Shown: positions 36,436 through 46,940, counted from the first letter of the stretch. The stretch: DNA of 62,422 nt from Blastocatellia bacterium (GCA_052387555.1 JBQTJB010000006.1:1-62422), one strand, 5' to 3'. The notes: a model not told the origin generated them from the sequence alone. Program-made: numbers and translations.

Positions 36436-37560
36436 TTAATTCGCCGGGTTGATGACCAGCTTCCGTTTTGCCTGGACGACGAGGCCGGGGCGCTTCGACG
36501 TGACCTCGATATTTCGAGTACCGGCGTTTTCATTTAGCGGTATTTTGGGCGTGTATGTCAGGACGTAGCTTGCATCGATCAGTTTTGCGACGGCAGCCGT
36601 TTTCTCGACCATTTCGTCGAGCGAATCCGGAATTATCATTGTCCCGTTCGTATTTTCGGCCAGTATCCCGAGAGCCTCTTCGCTTGCTTCAAGATCGGCC
36701 TTTCTGGCTTTCATTTTTTTTAGCAATGCGCGGTCGAGGTTGATGGTCGGGCCAATCTTAGGTGCTTGTGCAACGTCGCGCGCTCCGTTCGGCAGCGTGG
36801 CGGCGATCTCGTCGGGCAGAGCCTTTGGCGGCGGTGATTTCGAGATCATTTTCGTGCGCGGTTCGATGTCGGCCGTTTCCATTTTGGTGTAGCTGAGAAT
36901 GTGGACGCTGATATCGGTCGAGAGCAGCCGTTTCATCGCAGCCGCCTTTGTATTTGCATCGGCAAGGCTGTCGGTTCCGTCCGTGATTAGCACGAGATGT
37001 CTGTTGTCGATCGGGTTTTTCATCAGAAAATCGGTCGCAAGCTCCAAAGCCTTTACAAAAACCGACCGTCTGCCGAATTTCACCCGCCCGATCGCCGCCG
37101 AAAGCTGCTCCTTGTCGTTCGTCCATTCGGCGACTATCGTGGCTGCGTCGCCGTATTGAAGCACGGCTACCGAATCCTGCGGCTGCAGTGCGTTTACGAT
37201 TCCGCGAGCCACCTTGCGGGTTTGGTCGAGGCTCTTTACCGAGCGTAGCTCGCCGCCCGTATCCATAACTATCAGAACATTTGCGGGAATTCGGCGGACG
37301 CTTCTTGCCTGATGCAGAATATTATTTTCGGTGATGACGAGGTCGCTTTCTTTTACGTCAGAAACAAACTTTCCGCCCTCGTCGTAGGCGATAACGTTCA
37401 TCTTCACTTCTTCCGTGATAATGCGCACCGGGTCATCTTCCGCCTCGGGCGTAGGTGTCGGCGTCGGCTGCGAGCGTCCGCTTTGAGCCGATGCAAACAC
37501 TGCGGACAAAACGATAAGAAACAGAGACAGCAGTACCCGCTTTCGACCCGAAATTCGCAT
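36436..37560 (-). CDS. secreted VWA domain protein (paralog type of 33752-34723)
   Basis: IVMDTGGEL, LITDGTDS, signal peptide. ATG 37558-37560 has GGTGAGGA upstream. Confidence 0.8.
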   Translation of the reverse strand: MRISGRKRVLLSLFLIVLSAVFASAQSGRSQPTPTPTPEAEDDPVRIITEEVKMNVIAYDEGGKFVSDVKESDLVITENNILHQARSVRRIPANVLIVMDTGGELRSVKSLDQTRKVARGIVNALQPQDSVAVLQYGDAATIVAEWTNDKEQLSAAIGRVKFGRRSVFVKALELATDFLMKNPIDNRHLVLITDGTDSLADANTKAAAMKRLLSTDISVHILSYTKMETADIEPRTKMISKSPPPKALPDEIAATLPNGARDVAQAPKIGPTINLDRALLKKMKARKADLEASEEALGILAENTNGTMIIPDSLDEMVEKTAAVAKLIDASYVLTYTPKIPLNENAGTRNIEVTSKRPGLVVQAKRKLVINPAN

Positions 37561-37594
37561 AAAAATCCTCACCGCTCACTATATGATGAACGAA

Positions 37595-38665
37595 TCAAAG
37601 CCTCGGATGCTTTTCAACGAAATTCAGAAGATTCACGGCATAATCACGAAAGCCGGGGCAAGACAATTCGTGCGGTTCCAAAAGCGATGCAGCGACGCTG
37701 GTGTCATAAGTTTGCGGCAGAAAAAAATACGGCACGCCCGAATGCGGCAGACCGGTAAGCGTAGGCGACATCGGCGACATCAGGCACTTTTGTACCACGG
37801 AAGGCGGCGGCGCAAAAACAGACCGTTTGCCGGAAAGCCTTTCGGCGATCAGATCAAAAAGCTCGGCGGTCGTAAGCGGATCGGGGTCGGCAACGGCAAT
37901 TGTCTTGCCGATAGAATTCTCATCACCGGCCAGCGCGGCGATTGCATCAACTACAAAATCCACAGGAACCAGATTAAGCCGCACGTCTGCGTTTCCGACA
38001 TTCACAAAACGAAGCAGCCCCGGAGCCTTTTGCAGATATTTGATCAGATAATAGATGCCGTCGTATTTCGCGGTCTCGCCGGTTTCCGAATCCCCGACAA
38101 CGACCGACGGACGGAATATCGTCACCGGCAGTTCGCTTTTCAATCTATCAACCTCGATCTCGGCAAGGTACTTCGTTTCCTCGTAGTAATTTCGAAAACC
38201 GGTGTCGTGTTTCAGGTCGGTTTCCATAATTCGCCCTTTGCGCTTTCCGGCCACGTAACACGTCGAAACGTAGTTGTAACGGCGGAGTCCGGGAATCGAC
38301 TTGGCAAGTTCGCCGATGTTCTTTGTCCCTCTGAGATTTACGGCATAGGCCATATCCTTTGACACAGCAAGATCGTAGGCGGCCGCAAGATGATACAGGT
38401 CGGTAGTTTCGGAGCGAATAAGGGTGTGATCGTCGTTCGAAATGCCGAGATTTATCTTCGTGATGTCTCCCTCGATCAATCCGAAATTTTCGAGCGGCGT
38501 AGCCGTCGATTTCGCAATCGACTCGACCGCCTTCATAGCCTTTTCGGTAAATTGCGGCTGTATCAGCAAAAAGAATTGAACGTCGGGGCGGGAAACGCGC
38601 GCAACCAAACGTTCTGCGATAAAGCCTGGAAAGCCTGTCATGAAGATGGTTTTGGTAAAGCTCAT
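37595..38665 (-). CDS. SDR family NAD-dependent epimerase/reductase (thioester-reductase-like)
   Basis: N-terminal FMTGFPGFIAERL Rossmann motif. Confidence 0.75.
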   Translation of the reverse strand: MSFTKTIFMTGFPGFIAERLVARVSRPDVQFFLLIQPQFTEKAMKAVESIAKSTATPLENFGLIEGDITKINLGISNDDHTLIRSETTDLYHLAAAYDLAVSKDMAYAVNLRGTKNIGELAKSIPGLRRYNYVSTCYVAGKRKGRIMETDLKHDTGFRNYYEETKYLAEIEVDRLKSELPVTIFRPSVVVGDSETGETAKYDGIYYLIKYLQKAPGLLRFVNVGNADVRLNLVPVDFVVDAIAALAGDENSIGKTIAVADPDPLTTAELFDLIAERLSGKRSVFAPPPSVVQKCLMSPMSPTLTGLPHSGVPYFFLPQTYDTSVAASLLEPHELSCPGFRDYAVNLLNFVEKHPRL

Positions 38666-38975
38666 CGCTGTCAGTGTATCGCTATTCTAACAGGTTCTAC
38701 GCGAGACAAAAACTTTTACACATGTGGAAAATCTGTGATACAGTTTCGTTATCGGAACAGCGTATTTTTGGCTATGAGTGTGGTTGAATTCGCGCAAAAA
38801 GAGGAAAGGTCCGCGGACGAATGCGAGCTGCAGTTGCCCATTTGGTCGGTAATCTCGTTCGAGCGGCGCGAGGGATCCGAAATGACTTTTCTTGATGCAT
38901 CCCGGCTTATGAACGAACTCGACCGGCGTGGCGTTCCCGGCCTTTGCGTTGTCACCAACGAAGCAGCTTCGCACA

Positions 38976-39959
38976 TCAAAACTCAAGGATAACCTTCCCG
39001 AAACTTTCGTTCGACTCCAAATATTCGTGTGCCGCCCCAACGTCACTGAACGCGAAAGTGTGGTCCACATTTGGTTTCAATATACCGTTTTCAAAAAGCG
39101 GAATGACATTCGTTAAAAAAAGTGAGACAGCCTCGGCTTTTTCAGTCGTCGAACGCGACCGCAGTATCGTGCCGATAATATTCAGCCGTTTTCTGAGAGC
39201 GAAACCAAGATCGAATATCGCCTGCGATCCCGAGGTCAGCCCGACAAGCATCAGCCGTCCTTTTGCAGCGAGGCACTGAAGATTTTGTTCGAAATAGGCC
39301 GCTCCGACAAGATCAAGCATTACATCTACACCTTTTCCGCCGGTTTTCTCAAGGATGATTTCGGCGAAATTAGCATCAACCATCAGTATCGGTTCATCGA
39401 GGCCGAATTCCATGCATCGCCCCAGCTTTTGCGCCGTCCGCGATGTCCCGAACACGCGGGTTCCGTCCGCTTTTGCAAGCTGCAATGCCGCAAGCCCTAC
39501 TCCTGAACCAACCGCGTGGACCAGCAGCGTTTCCGTCTTTTGCAATTTCGCCTGGGTGTAGACAACGTCGTGCGCGGTGATAAAAGCTTCGGGAACGGCA
39601 GCGGCATCGATAAAACACAGATTGTCGGGAATTATTACAGCAAGGCTCGAATCAATTAGTAACAATTCAGCCTGGGCCTCACCGGCGGTTATGCCGAATA
39701 CGCGTTCGCCCACACGGAAATTCTCTACTTTGTCGCCTATTTCAATTACCTCACCGGCAAACTCAAGACCCGGAATATTTGGAGAGTAACCGGACGGCGG
39801 CGGATAAAGGCCACGCCGTTGGAGCAGGTCGGCGCGGTTCAGCGCGGCGGCTTTTACCCGAACAAGAATCTGCGAGCCGGATGGCTTTGGCGGGTCCGGC
39901 ACTTCGCGAATTTCGAGATTGCCGGAATCGCCGAATTCTTTTATGTAGACGGCTTTCAT
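38976..39959 (-). CDS. NAD(P)H:quinone oxidoreductase (MDR/zeta-crystallin family)
   Basis: LNRADLLQRRGLYPPP, VHAVGSGVGLAALQLAK. Confidence 0.85.
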   Translation of the reverse strand: MKAVYIKEFGDSGNLEIREVPDPPKPSGSQILVRVKAAALNRADLLQRRGLYPPPSGYSPNIPGLEFAGEVIEIGDKVENFRVGERVFGITAGEAQAELLLIDSSLAVIIPDNLCFIDAAAVPEAFITAHDVVYTQAKLQKTETLLVHAVGSGVGLAALQLAKADGTRVFGTSRTAQKLGRCMEFGLDEPILMVDANFAEIILEKTGGKGVDVMLDLVGAAYFEQNLQCLAAKGRLMLVGLTSGSQAIFDLGFALRKRLNIIGTILRSRSTTEKAEAVSLFLTNVIPLFENGILKPNVDHTFAFSDVGAAHEYLESNESFGKVILEF

Positions 39960-39993
39960 ACGCGTGCCGGAGCCTCTCAGTCTGTAGTAGCTG

Positions 39994-41739
39994 CTATTTC
40001 GACACCGGTTCTACGTTGTTTGCCTTTAGCGAGTTACCGGTCGCGCGCTGAAGGTCGGCGATAGATTTGTTCAACTCGGTTCGGGCGCGAAGTTCGTTGC
40101 TGCGGGCGGCGGTCAATGCGGTTTGCCGCTCGAGAACGCGGTAGATGTCGGATTGACCTGAGTCCAGTTTTCGCTGCTCCGATTCGTATTGCTTCGCTGT
40201 ATTTTCCCTCGCCACGGACGCGGAACGAAGCCTTGCCTCGGCCGTCCGCATGGCCTGAAGCGCGTTTCGCACCTCGGCCTGCACGGTTTGTTCGAGAGCT
40301 TCGCGTTGAACCTCCAGCCGTTCGCCTTCAACGCGTGCCCGGCCAAGCTGCGCCCGTGATGTTTTGTCGCCGAAAAGCGGCAGGTTGAATTGAATTCCGA
40401 CTCGATAGGTCGGATATCTATTGGCGAAAATGCCGCTAAAAGGGTTGCCGGTCAATAGCCTCAGATTAGCCAGTTGATTTTGGCACGCCGGCGAATTCGG
40501 ATCCGTTTGGCATGGCGACGGAAACGGTGAGGTGAAATTAGGATTCTGCGTTCCGCCAATCCCGGCTGTATTATAACTCGCTACAAAATCGATCTGCGGC
40601 TGGCTTTGATTTCGATAGAATTTCTGATCTACCGAATTTATGTCTTTCTGCACCTTATTGATCTCGAGTTCGGGTCTATTAAGTATCGCCGCGTCCAGGG
40701 CTTCTGTAAGCGAAATTACAGGAACTCGCATATCCACCGAATCGACCGGTATCAAGGCCTCGTTCCAAAGCGTATCGTTCCGGTTCGGCGCGATCAGATT
40801 TTTGAGCGCGTTTTCGGTTTGGTTCACGACGTTCAGCGCATCGTAAACAGCCTGCTCGTAGTTGGCAACCTGCGTTTCGGACGCAACTATGTCTATCGGT
40901 GCAAGCTGGCCTTCGTCTACCAGGCGGCGGTTGTGTTCCAGCTGGTCCTTTGCGTCCTTTACGCCGTCTCGCTGCACCTGCAGATTACGAAGCGCGTATG
41001 TCAGATCCCAATATGCCCGCTCTACGGTCGAAACTATCTCGATAGACCGTTGGCGAAACTGCGTGTCGGTCAGCGAAAGATTCCTCTTTGATATTTCTAA
41101 CGACCGTCTTTGCTGGTCGATGGCGCGGCCGCGAAACAAGGGCTGAGTCAGGCTGAACCCGAGGCTGCTGTTGTACTGCGGGCTGAGGATCGAGATGGGA
41201 TTATCGGTCGTCAACCGTTGGTTGTTAAAGGTTGCGTTCAGGACGGTTCCGAATCGCGGCACATAGCCCGTCAAACCTGCATTGCCAACGAATGTTCCCT
41301 GGGTCGTTGTCTGATTCGTGCTGAAAATGCTGACGTTCGGTACGGTGGATCGGTCGTAATAAGCCTGTCCCGAAAATCTCGGTTCGTATACGCCGCGGGC
41401 GGCCTGGAGATCGAATTCGGCGATCCTTATGTTCTTGCGCGTAACCTCGATATCCCTGTTGTTTTCGAGCGCGAGCGCGATCGTATCGGCAAGCGTTAAA
41501 GGTTTCTGGCTCGCCATGTCCACGCCGACGCGGCCAAGATCGGGCAAGCTGCGGTCTTCGGCCTTGTAATTAGGAGCAATCTCGGGAACACCTTTTATTT
41601 CATCCGGGGCCACGCCCGCCTTGTCCCGTCCGAACGGAGTCGGCGACGCTGCCGGTGATGGCGACCCGTCCTGCCCTAAAACCGCGCTTCCGCCAAATAA
41701 AGCGGCAATAATTATGAATAAATATAATCGCGCAAACAT
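39994..41739 (-). CDS. TolC family outer-membrane efflux protein
   Basis: Two OEP repeats (LTLADTIALALENNRDIE...; LTEALDAAILNRPELE...). Confidence 0.85.
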   Translation of the reverse strand: MFARLYLFIIIAALFGGSAVLGQDGSPSPAASPTPFGRDKAGVAPDEIKGVPEIAPNYKAEDRSLPDLGRVGVDMASQKPLTLADTIALALENNRDIEVTRKNIRIAEFDLQAARGVYEPRFSGQAYYDRSTVPNVSIFSTNQTTTQGTFVGNAGLTGYVPRFGTVLNATFNNQRLTTDNPISILSPQYNSSLGFSLTQPLFRGRAIDQQRRSLEISKRNLSLTDTQFRQRSIEIVSTVERAYWDLTYALRNLQVQRDGVKDAKDQLEHNRRLVDEGQLAPIDIVASETQVANYEQAVYDALNVVNQTENALKNLIAPNRNDTLWNEALIPVDSVDMRVPVISLTEALDAAILNRPELEINKVQKDINSVDQKFYRNQSQPQIDFVASYNTAGIGGTQNPNFTSPFPSPCQTDPNSPACQNQLANLRLLTGNPFSGIFANRYPTYRVGIQFNLPLFGDKTSRAQLGRARVEGERLEVQREALEQTVQAEVRNALQAMRTAEARLRSASVARENTAKQYESEQRKLDSGQSDIYRVLERQTALTAARSNELRARTELNKSIADLQRATGNSLKANNVEPVSK

Positions 41740-41827
41740 AATTTATAAATGGCTGTTCAGGCGTGACTTTCCGCAAAATCGCGATGTTTGTTACGCCTGT
41801 TTCACCTTCGGTGAAATGAAACAAATC

Positions 41828-44800
41828 TCACGATTTCCCGAAAAGCGAACTGGCTGCGGCTGCAAATCGCCGTTTTATGCCGCCGAAAAGCCAATCGGAG
41901 AATCGGTTGACATATTGAAACAGCCGCATCTCGCTAAGATCGTCGAATATCGAATAAAAAACCGGAACCGCAAGCAGCGTAAGCAGCAAACAGAGCGTCT
42001 GTCCGCCGACAACCAGAACGCCGATCGAACGATTGGTTCCGGCGCCCGCTCCGCGTGCAACGACGAGCGGGATCATGCCGGCAACCAAAGCGATCGTCGT
42101 CATAAGAATTGGCCGCAGACGGTCGCGGTTTGATTGAATAATGGCGTCGTAGCGGCTCAAGCCTTGCGACCGCAGGTTGTTCGTATGGTCTATTTGCAAA
42201 ATCGCGTTCTTCTTCACAACGCCGAATAGCAGCAGCAGTCCCAGCCCCGAAAAGATGTTCACCGTCTGCCCTGCGATCAGAAGACTGACAATTCCGAACG
42301 GTATCGAAAGCGGCAGCGTAAGCAGGATCGTCACCGGGTGGATGAACGATTCGAACTGCGCCGCCAGCACGATGTACATGAAAATAAAAGAAAGCGATAT
42401 GGCAAGGGCGAAATAAAACAGCGACTTCCCAAGTTCTTTCGATTGTCCGACGTAGCCCGTTCTGTATCCGGCCGGAAGATTAAGCTCTTTTACGAACTTG
42501 TCTATCTCGGCGGTAATGCTTGTCGCTGATCCGCCCGGCCGCGTGTTCGCAAGGAGCGTCACCTGACGTTGGCGGTTCGTCCGTTCGATCGAGCTAGGTC
42601 CGGTTCCGCGCGATGTGGTTACGAGGCGGTCAAGCGTCACCCAGCCCAGTTTGGTCGAGGGAACGATAAGCCGCTTTAAGCCTTCGTCGTCGGTTCGGAA
42701 ATTGTTGATTGCGCGAACGCGAACTTCGTACTGATCTGTGCCTTCGTTGAACGTGGTGGCTTCCTGTCCGGCGACCAGCGTGTTCAGGGCCTGTGAAACG
42801 TCGCCGACGCGCACGCCCAGATCGGCCGCCGTGTCGCGGTCGACCGTAAGCTGAACCTCCGGCTTTCCGCTGATCAATGTCGAATCGACGTCTACCGCGT
42901 CCGGTATCGTTTTCATTTTTTCGAGGATCTTGTCCGAATATTCCTCGAGCTTTTTCAGATCTGGCCCGGCGATCAGAAACTGTACGTTTGCGTTACGGAA
43001 ACCGCCGCCGGAAAAAGCCTGAACCTGCTGTACGCCGGTTCTTAGCTCGTTCGAATACGGCGCCAGCAGATCGCGAGTGTCAGACATGATCTGCTCCTGC
43101 GATTTATCGCGTTTGTCGATGTCCGCTAGTTTGACGTAGATCGTGCCGGCGTTAACGACCTGTTGCTGGCCGCCGCCGATAGTGACGAGAGTATCGGTTA
43201 CGCCCGGTTTCTTTCGGATTTCCGCAGCTATCCGCTCCATTCGGAGCGATGTGGCGCCGATGCTTGAACCCTCGGGCGCGCGGACTGAAACCTCGAACTG
43301 AGATTGATCGTCGACCGGCAAAAAATTCTTGCCGACATAGGTAAACAAAGGCACTATCGATAAAAACACGAGAACGCAGAGCGTAACGATCACCCAACGG
43401 TGTGACATCGAGAACCGGAGCATGGCGGTATACGCGTTAAGGACGTAGCGGAACCAGCCCGCGTCTTTCGAAAGATGGTCGTCGCCTTTCTTGTTTCGAT
43501 CGACGTTGGTTTCCAGCGTTCCACCGCCGTCAATATCGCTCTTGAAAGCTTCGTCCTCCGGCAGTTTTGTCTCTTTCCTTTTTATCAGGCGGGCGGCAAG
43601 CATCGGCGTCAACGTGAACGAAACGATAAGCGAAACCGCTACAGCGAACGACGCCGTAAGGCCGAAACTCGACATAAATCTGCCGACAATTCCCTGCATG
43701 AAACCGATAGGGACGAACACCGCCATCAGCGAAAGCGTCGTCGCAAGCACCGCGAGCCCTATCTCACGCGTGCCTTCGATTGCCGCCTGATACGGGTTCA
43801 TTCCCTTTTCCTCGACGAACCGAAAGATGTTTTCGAGCACGACAATTGCGTCGTCGATAACGATGCCGACCATTAGCGTCAGCGAAAGCATCGTGATCGA
43901 GTTAAGCGTGTAGTCCATTGCGTACATCAACGCAAAGGTCGAAATTATCGAGGTCGGGATCGCCAGTGCTGCAATAAACGTCGAACGCAGGTTCCATAGG
44001 AAAAGGAACACCACTATCGACGCGAAGATCGAACCGAGAATAAGGTGCTCTTCGAGCGATGCGACCGAGTTTTCGATAAAGATCGAGTTGTCGCCGATGA
44101 TCCGCATTTGAAAATTCTTCGGCAGCGTCGGCTCGATCTCTTTTAGCCGCGCCTTTATTTCCTTAGCCACGGCAACGGTGTTTTGACCCGATTGCTTGGA
44201 GACGACCAGGGTAACCGCGGGCTGGCCGTTCAATCTTGCTTCGGAGCGAATTTCCTCAGCTCCGTCTTCGGTGCGGCCAATGTCCTTGACCTTTACCTGA
44301 TACTCGCCGCGTGTCGCCACGACCACATTGTCGAATTCCTTTGGGTCCTTTATTTTGCCAAGCGTTCGAACGCTGGTTTCCTTCTGCCCTTCGTCGAGCC
44401 TTCCGCTCGGAAACTCGATGTTCTGTATTCTCAGAGCGTTTGCAACTTCGGCCGGCGTTACGTTATAGGAGCGCATCTTGTCCGGATCGACCCAGATATT
44501 GATCTGCCGGTCCTGCCCGCCGATGATCGTTATCTGGCCGACGCCGTTTACCGATTCGATGCGTTCCTTGATCTTATCCTTCGCGATTTGCGTAACTTCG
44601 CGGAGCGAGGCTGGGGCGGAAACGGTTATTCTGAGAATGGGGGCCGCATCCGTATCCAGCTTCTGCACTGTCGGCTGCTCTGCTGTTGCCGGCAGATTGG
44701 GAATGACCGTCTGCACCCGATTCTCGACCTCTTGAGCCGCAACGTTTACGTCTTTTTCCAAAACAAACTGGACGAAGACCTGCGAAATGCCCTCGATGGA

Positions 44801-45052
44801 CGAAGAACGCAGTTCGTCGATACCGCTGATGGTATTGACGGCCTCTTCTACCTTTTCGGTGATCTCTGTTTCGACCTCTTCCGGTGATGCGCCCGGATTA
44901 ACGACGGTGATCGTGATGGTCGGAAAATCGATCTTTGGAAAAAGGTCGACACCCAGGCTAAGAAATGAAAATGCCCCGACAACCACGAGCGAGAGGATCA
45001 ACATCGTGGCGAAAACCGGCCGCTTTACACAAACTTCTGCTAACCACTGCAT
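41828..45052 (-). CDS. RND efflux transporter permease (AcrB/HAE1-like)
   Basis: 1074 aa with typical 12-TM RND architecture and motifs. Confidence 0.95.
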   Translation of the reverse strand: MQWLAEVCVKRPVFATMLILSLVVVGAFSFLSLGVDLFPKIDFPTITITVVNPGASPEEVETEITEKVEEAVNTISGIDELRSSSIEGISQVFVQFVLEKDVNVAAQEVENRVQTVIPNLPATAEQPTVQKLDTDAAPILRITVSAPASLREVTQIAKDKIKERIESVNGVGQITIIGGQDRQINIWVDPDKMRSYNVTPAEVANALRIQNIEFPSGRLDEGQKETSVRTLGKIKDPKEFDNVVVATRGEYQVKVKDIGRTEDGAEEIRSEARLNGQPAVTLVVSKQSGQNTVAVAKEIKARLKEIEPTLPKNFQMRIIGDNSIFIENSVASLEEHLILGSIFASIVVFLFLWNLRSTFIAALAIPTSIISTFALMYAMDYTLNSITMLSLTLMVGIVIDDAIVVLENIFRFVEEKGMNPYQAAIEGTREIGLAVLATTLSLMAVFVPIGFMQGIVGRFMSSFGLTASFAVAVSLIVSFTLTPMLAARLIKRKETKLPEDEAFKSDIDGGGTLETNVDRNKKGDDHLSKDAGWFRYVLNAYTAMLRFSMSHRWVIVTLCVLVFLSIVPLFTYVGKNFLPVDDQSQFEVSVRAPEGSSIGATSLRMERIAAEIRKKPGVTDTLVTIGGGQQQVVNAGTIYVKLADIDKRDKSQEQIMSDTRDLLAPYSNELRTGVQQVQAFSGGGFRNANVQFLIAGPDLKKLEEYSDKILEKMKTIPDAVDVDSTLISGKPEVQLTVDRDTAADLGVRVGDVSQALNTLVAGQEATTFNEGTDQYEVRVRAINNFRTDDEGLKRLIVPSTKLGWVTLDRLVTTSRGTGPSSIERTNRQRQVTLLANTRPGGSATSITAEIDKFVKELNLPAGYRTGYVGQSKELGKSLFYFALAISLSFIFMYIVLAAQFESFIHPVTILLTLPLSIPFGIVSLLIAGQTVNIFSGLGLLLLFGVVKKNAILQIDHTNNLRSQGLSRYDAIIQSNRDRLRPILMTTIALVAGMIPLVVARGAGAGTNRSIGVLVVGGQTLCLLLTLLAVPVFYSIFDDLSEMRLFQYVNRFSDWLFGGIKRRFAAAASSLFGKS

Positions 45053-45060
45053 ATGTTATT

Positions 45061-45098
45061 AGTCCAATGTCAAAATCTATAGTCCAAAGTCCAAAGTC
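45061..45098. repeat. heptamer array (AGTCCAA units), pump-proximal arm of the cassette
   Basis: agtccaatg tcaaaatctat agtccaaagtccaaagtc. It starts 8 nt from the RND ATG. Confidence 0.85.
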
Positions 45099-45120
45099 GA
45101 GACCGTTGGAATTTGTCAAA

Positions 45121-45510
45121 TCATCTAAATTTAGCCCCGCGCAAATCGGATTGCTTTAGATACTTCATAAATCCGCCGATCAAATTACCGGTGTTATGAA
45201 GTGAATCGTAAGTAACGCGAAATTCATCTTCTGTTATGTATTGTTGATCGAGAGCAACGTAAAGCTGCGATCTTGCCTCTCCGCACGAGCCCTTTGCGAT
45301 TGAAAGAAAATGTACGAATTCCTTATCACCATCTCGTTCGAAACCTTCAGCGATATTGGACATCATAGAAACTGAAGACCTTCGTATCTGATCGCGAAGA
45401 CCATAATCCTTACTGAAATTGCCCGTCGAACTAACGCCATGTATCAGCTTGGTAGATTCCCTTGATAGCTTCCACGCCTCTGTATCTTCAAATCTGGTGA
45501 TCTTTGCCAT
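45121..45510 (-). CDS. four-helix-bundle protein (23S rRNA intervening-sequence protein / Avd-like family)
   Basis: FEDTEAWKLSRE...NIAEGFERDGDKEFVHFLSIAKGSCGEARSQLYVA pattern. Confidence 0.85.
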   Translation of the reverse strand: MAKITRFEDTEAWKLSRESTKLIHGVSSTGNFSKDYGLRDQIRRSSVSMMSNIAEGFERDGDKEFVHFLSIAKGSCGEARSQLYVALDQQYITEDEFRVTYDSLHNTGNLIGGFMKYLKQSDLRGAKFR

Positions 45511-45562
45511 GTTCGATATCAATCTCCAATTTAGTTTTATCTAAAAAGTCCGGCGCACAAGG

Positions 45563-45598
45563 CATTGGACTTTGGACCTTGGACTTTGGACCTGGGAC
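45563..45598. repeat. heptamer array (GGACTTT/GGACCTT units), MFP-proximal arm, inverse orientation
   Basis: cattggactttggaccttggactttggacctgggac. It ends 4 nt from the MFP stop. 45568-45585 is complementary to 45081-45098 in 17 of 18 positions. Confidence 0.85.
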
Positions 45599-45602
45599 AA
45601 AA

Positions 45603-46940
45603 TTATTGTCTGACAAATACCCCGTCGGTCAGCTTATCCAGATTGCTGATTGCGACCGTTTCGCCTTCGACAACGCCCTGCTTTATCTGGATCATGTCGT
45701 TTTCGAGCAGCCCGGTCTGAACAAGCATTTCACGTGCGGCTCCGTCCTTTATTACGTAAACGCTGTTGGTGTCGCCAACGGTTTTAACGGCCTTTACCGG
45801 AACCATCACGGCGGGTTCCGGCTTTGATTGCGTTATTCTTACGGTCGCAAATTGGCCCGGTTTGAGGAGGCCGTCCACGTTCTGCACTTCGGCCTCAACG
45901 ATCAATGTTCTCGCAGTCGTGCTCAAACTCGGCGCGATGCGTACGATTGTCCCGGCGAATTTGCGGTCAGGATATGCGCTTGTTTGCAGTGAGATGCCTT
46001 GTCCGGTTCCCACTTTGCCGATATTCTGCTCCGCAACGTCTATCCTCATCCGCAGCGTCGAGGTTCTGACGATCGTGGCGATCTTTGTATTCGGAGCGCT
46101 CGGCGAAATATACTCGCCGACATCGGCCACTTTGTCGGATACGTAACCGCTTATAGGCGCCAGAATGGCATTATCGGCCACCGCTTTTTGGGCCTGCGCA
46201 ACTTGGGCCTCCTGCGTCGCTATTGCGGCTTTCACGGCGCTTGCCGCCGCACGAGCGGATTCGTAAGCAGCCCTGGCCGTGTCGATCGCCTTAATTGCGA
46301 CCGCCGCGTTAGAGCGGGCTTCGTCCAATTGCCCCAGCAATGCATCGCGTTGCGATTTACGCTGATCGTAGGTCGATTTGGAAACATCTCCGGTTTCGAG
46401 CAATCTTTCCGCTCTTCTCAATTCCTTTTCGGCAAGCTCGAGCTGAGCGGTGAACTGCTTGACCTGCGAAAAATCCTTTATCTGAAACGTTTCGCCGTCT
46501 CTCACCCCCAGCCTGGCTTGCGTCTGCCGCAAATTGGCCAGGGCCTGTTCAGCGTTAGCGTTTGCCTGATCGGCCGACTTTCGCTGTGTCTCGACCTGTG
46601 CCTTTGCCTGTTCGAGGCGGATAGCCGCGTCACGCGAGTCGAGCCTTACCAGAACGCTGCCTTTCTGCACATAGCTGCCGATGTCGAAATTGACCTCGAC
46701 TATCTTTCCGGCCACGGCCGGCGCCACATCGGTTTGAGCGTCGCTTGCCAGATTTCCGGTTGCTTCGATGTATGCCGGAATCGGTATTATCACCGCCTGC
46801 GCCGTTGTCACCTCGATGCTTTCCGCAGCAGCAGTATTCGTATTTGAATTCGCGTCCGCACCCGAGCCGCAACCGGCAGCAAATATCGAGACCGAAACCG
46901 CCATTGCCATAGCCGACATGAAAAATTTCTGATTTCTCAT
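45603..46940 (-). CDS. RND efflux periplasmic adaptor (MFP) lipoprotein
   Basis: Lipobox FAAGC after MRNQKFFMSAMAMAV, coiled-coil hairpin, beta-barrel C-terminus. Confidence 0.9.
   Translation of the reverse strand: MRNQKFFMSAMAMAVSVSIFAAGCGSGADANSNTNTAAAESIEVTTAQAVIIPIPAYIEATGNLASDAQTDVAPAVAGKIVEVNFDIGSYVQKGSVLVRLDSRDAAIRLEQAKAQVETQRKSADQANANAEQALANLRQTQARLGVRDGETFQIKDFSQVKQFTAQLELAEKELRRAERLLETGDVSKSTYDQRKSQRDALLGQLDEARSNAAVAIKAIDTARAAYESARAAASAVKAAIATQEAQVAQAQKAVADNAILAPISGYVSDKVADVGEYISPSAPNTKIATIVRTSTLRMRIDVAEQNIGKVGTGQGISLQTSAYPDRKFAGTIVRIAPSLSTTARTLIVEAEVQNVDGLLKPGQFATVRITQSKPEPAVMVPVKAVKTVGDTNSVYVIKDGAAREMLVQTGLLENDMIQIKQGVVEGETVAISNLDKLTDGVFVRQ

Noticed and set aside
45061-45598. 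Possibility that the heptamer arrays are a CRISPR array, or that the four-helix-bundle gene marks a diversity-generating retroelement (Avd).
   Set aside because: The repeats are 7-nt tandem units without spacers, in inverted pairs, so this is not CRISPR architecture. No reverse transcriptase and no template/variable repeat pair are visible anywhere in the window.
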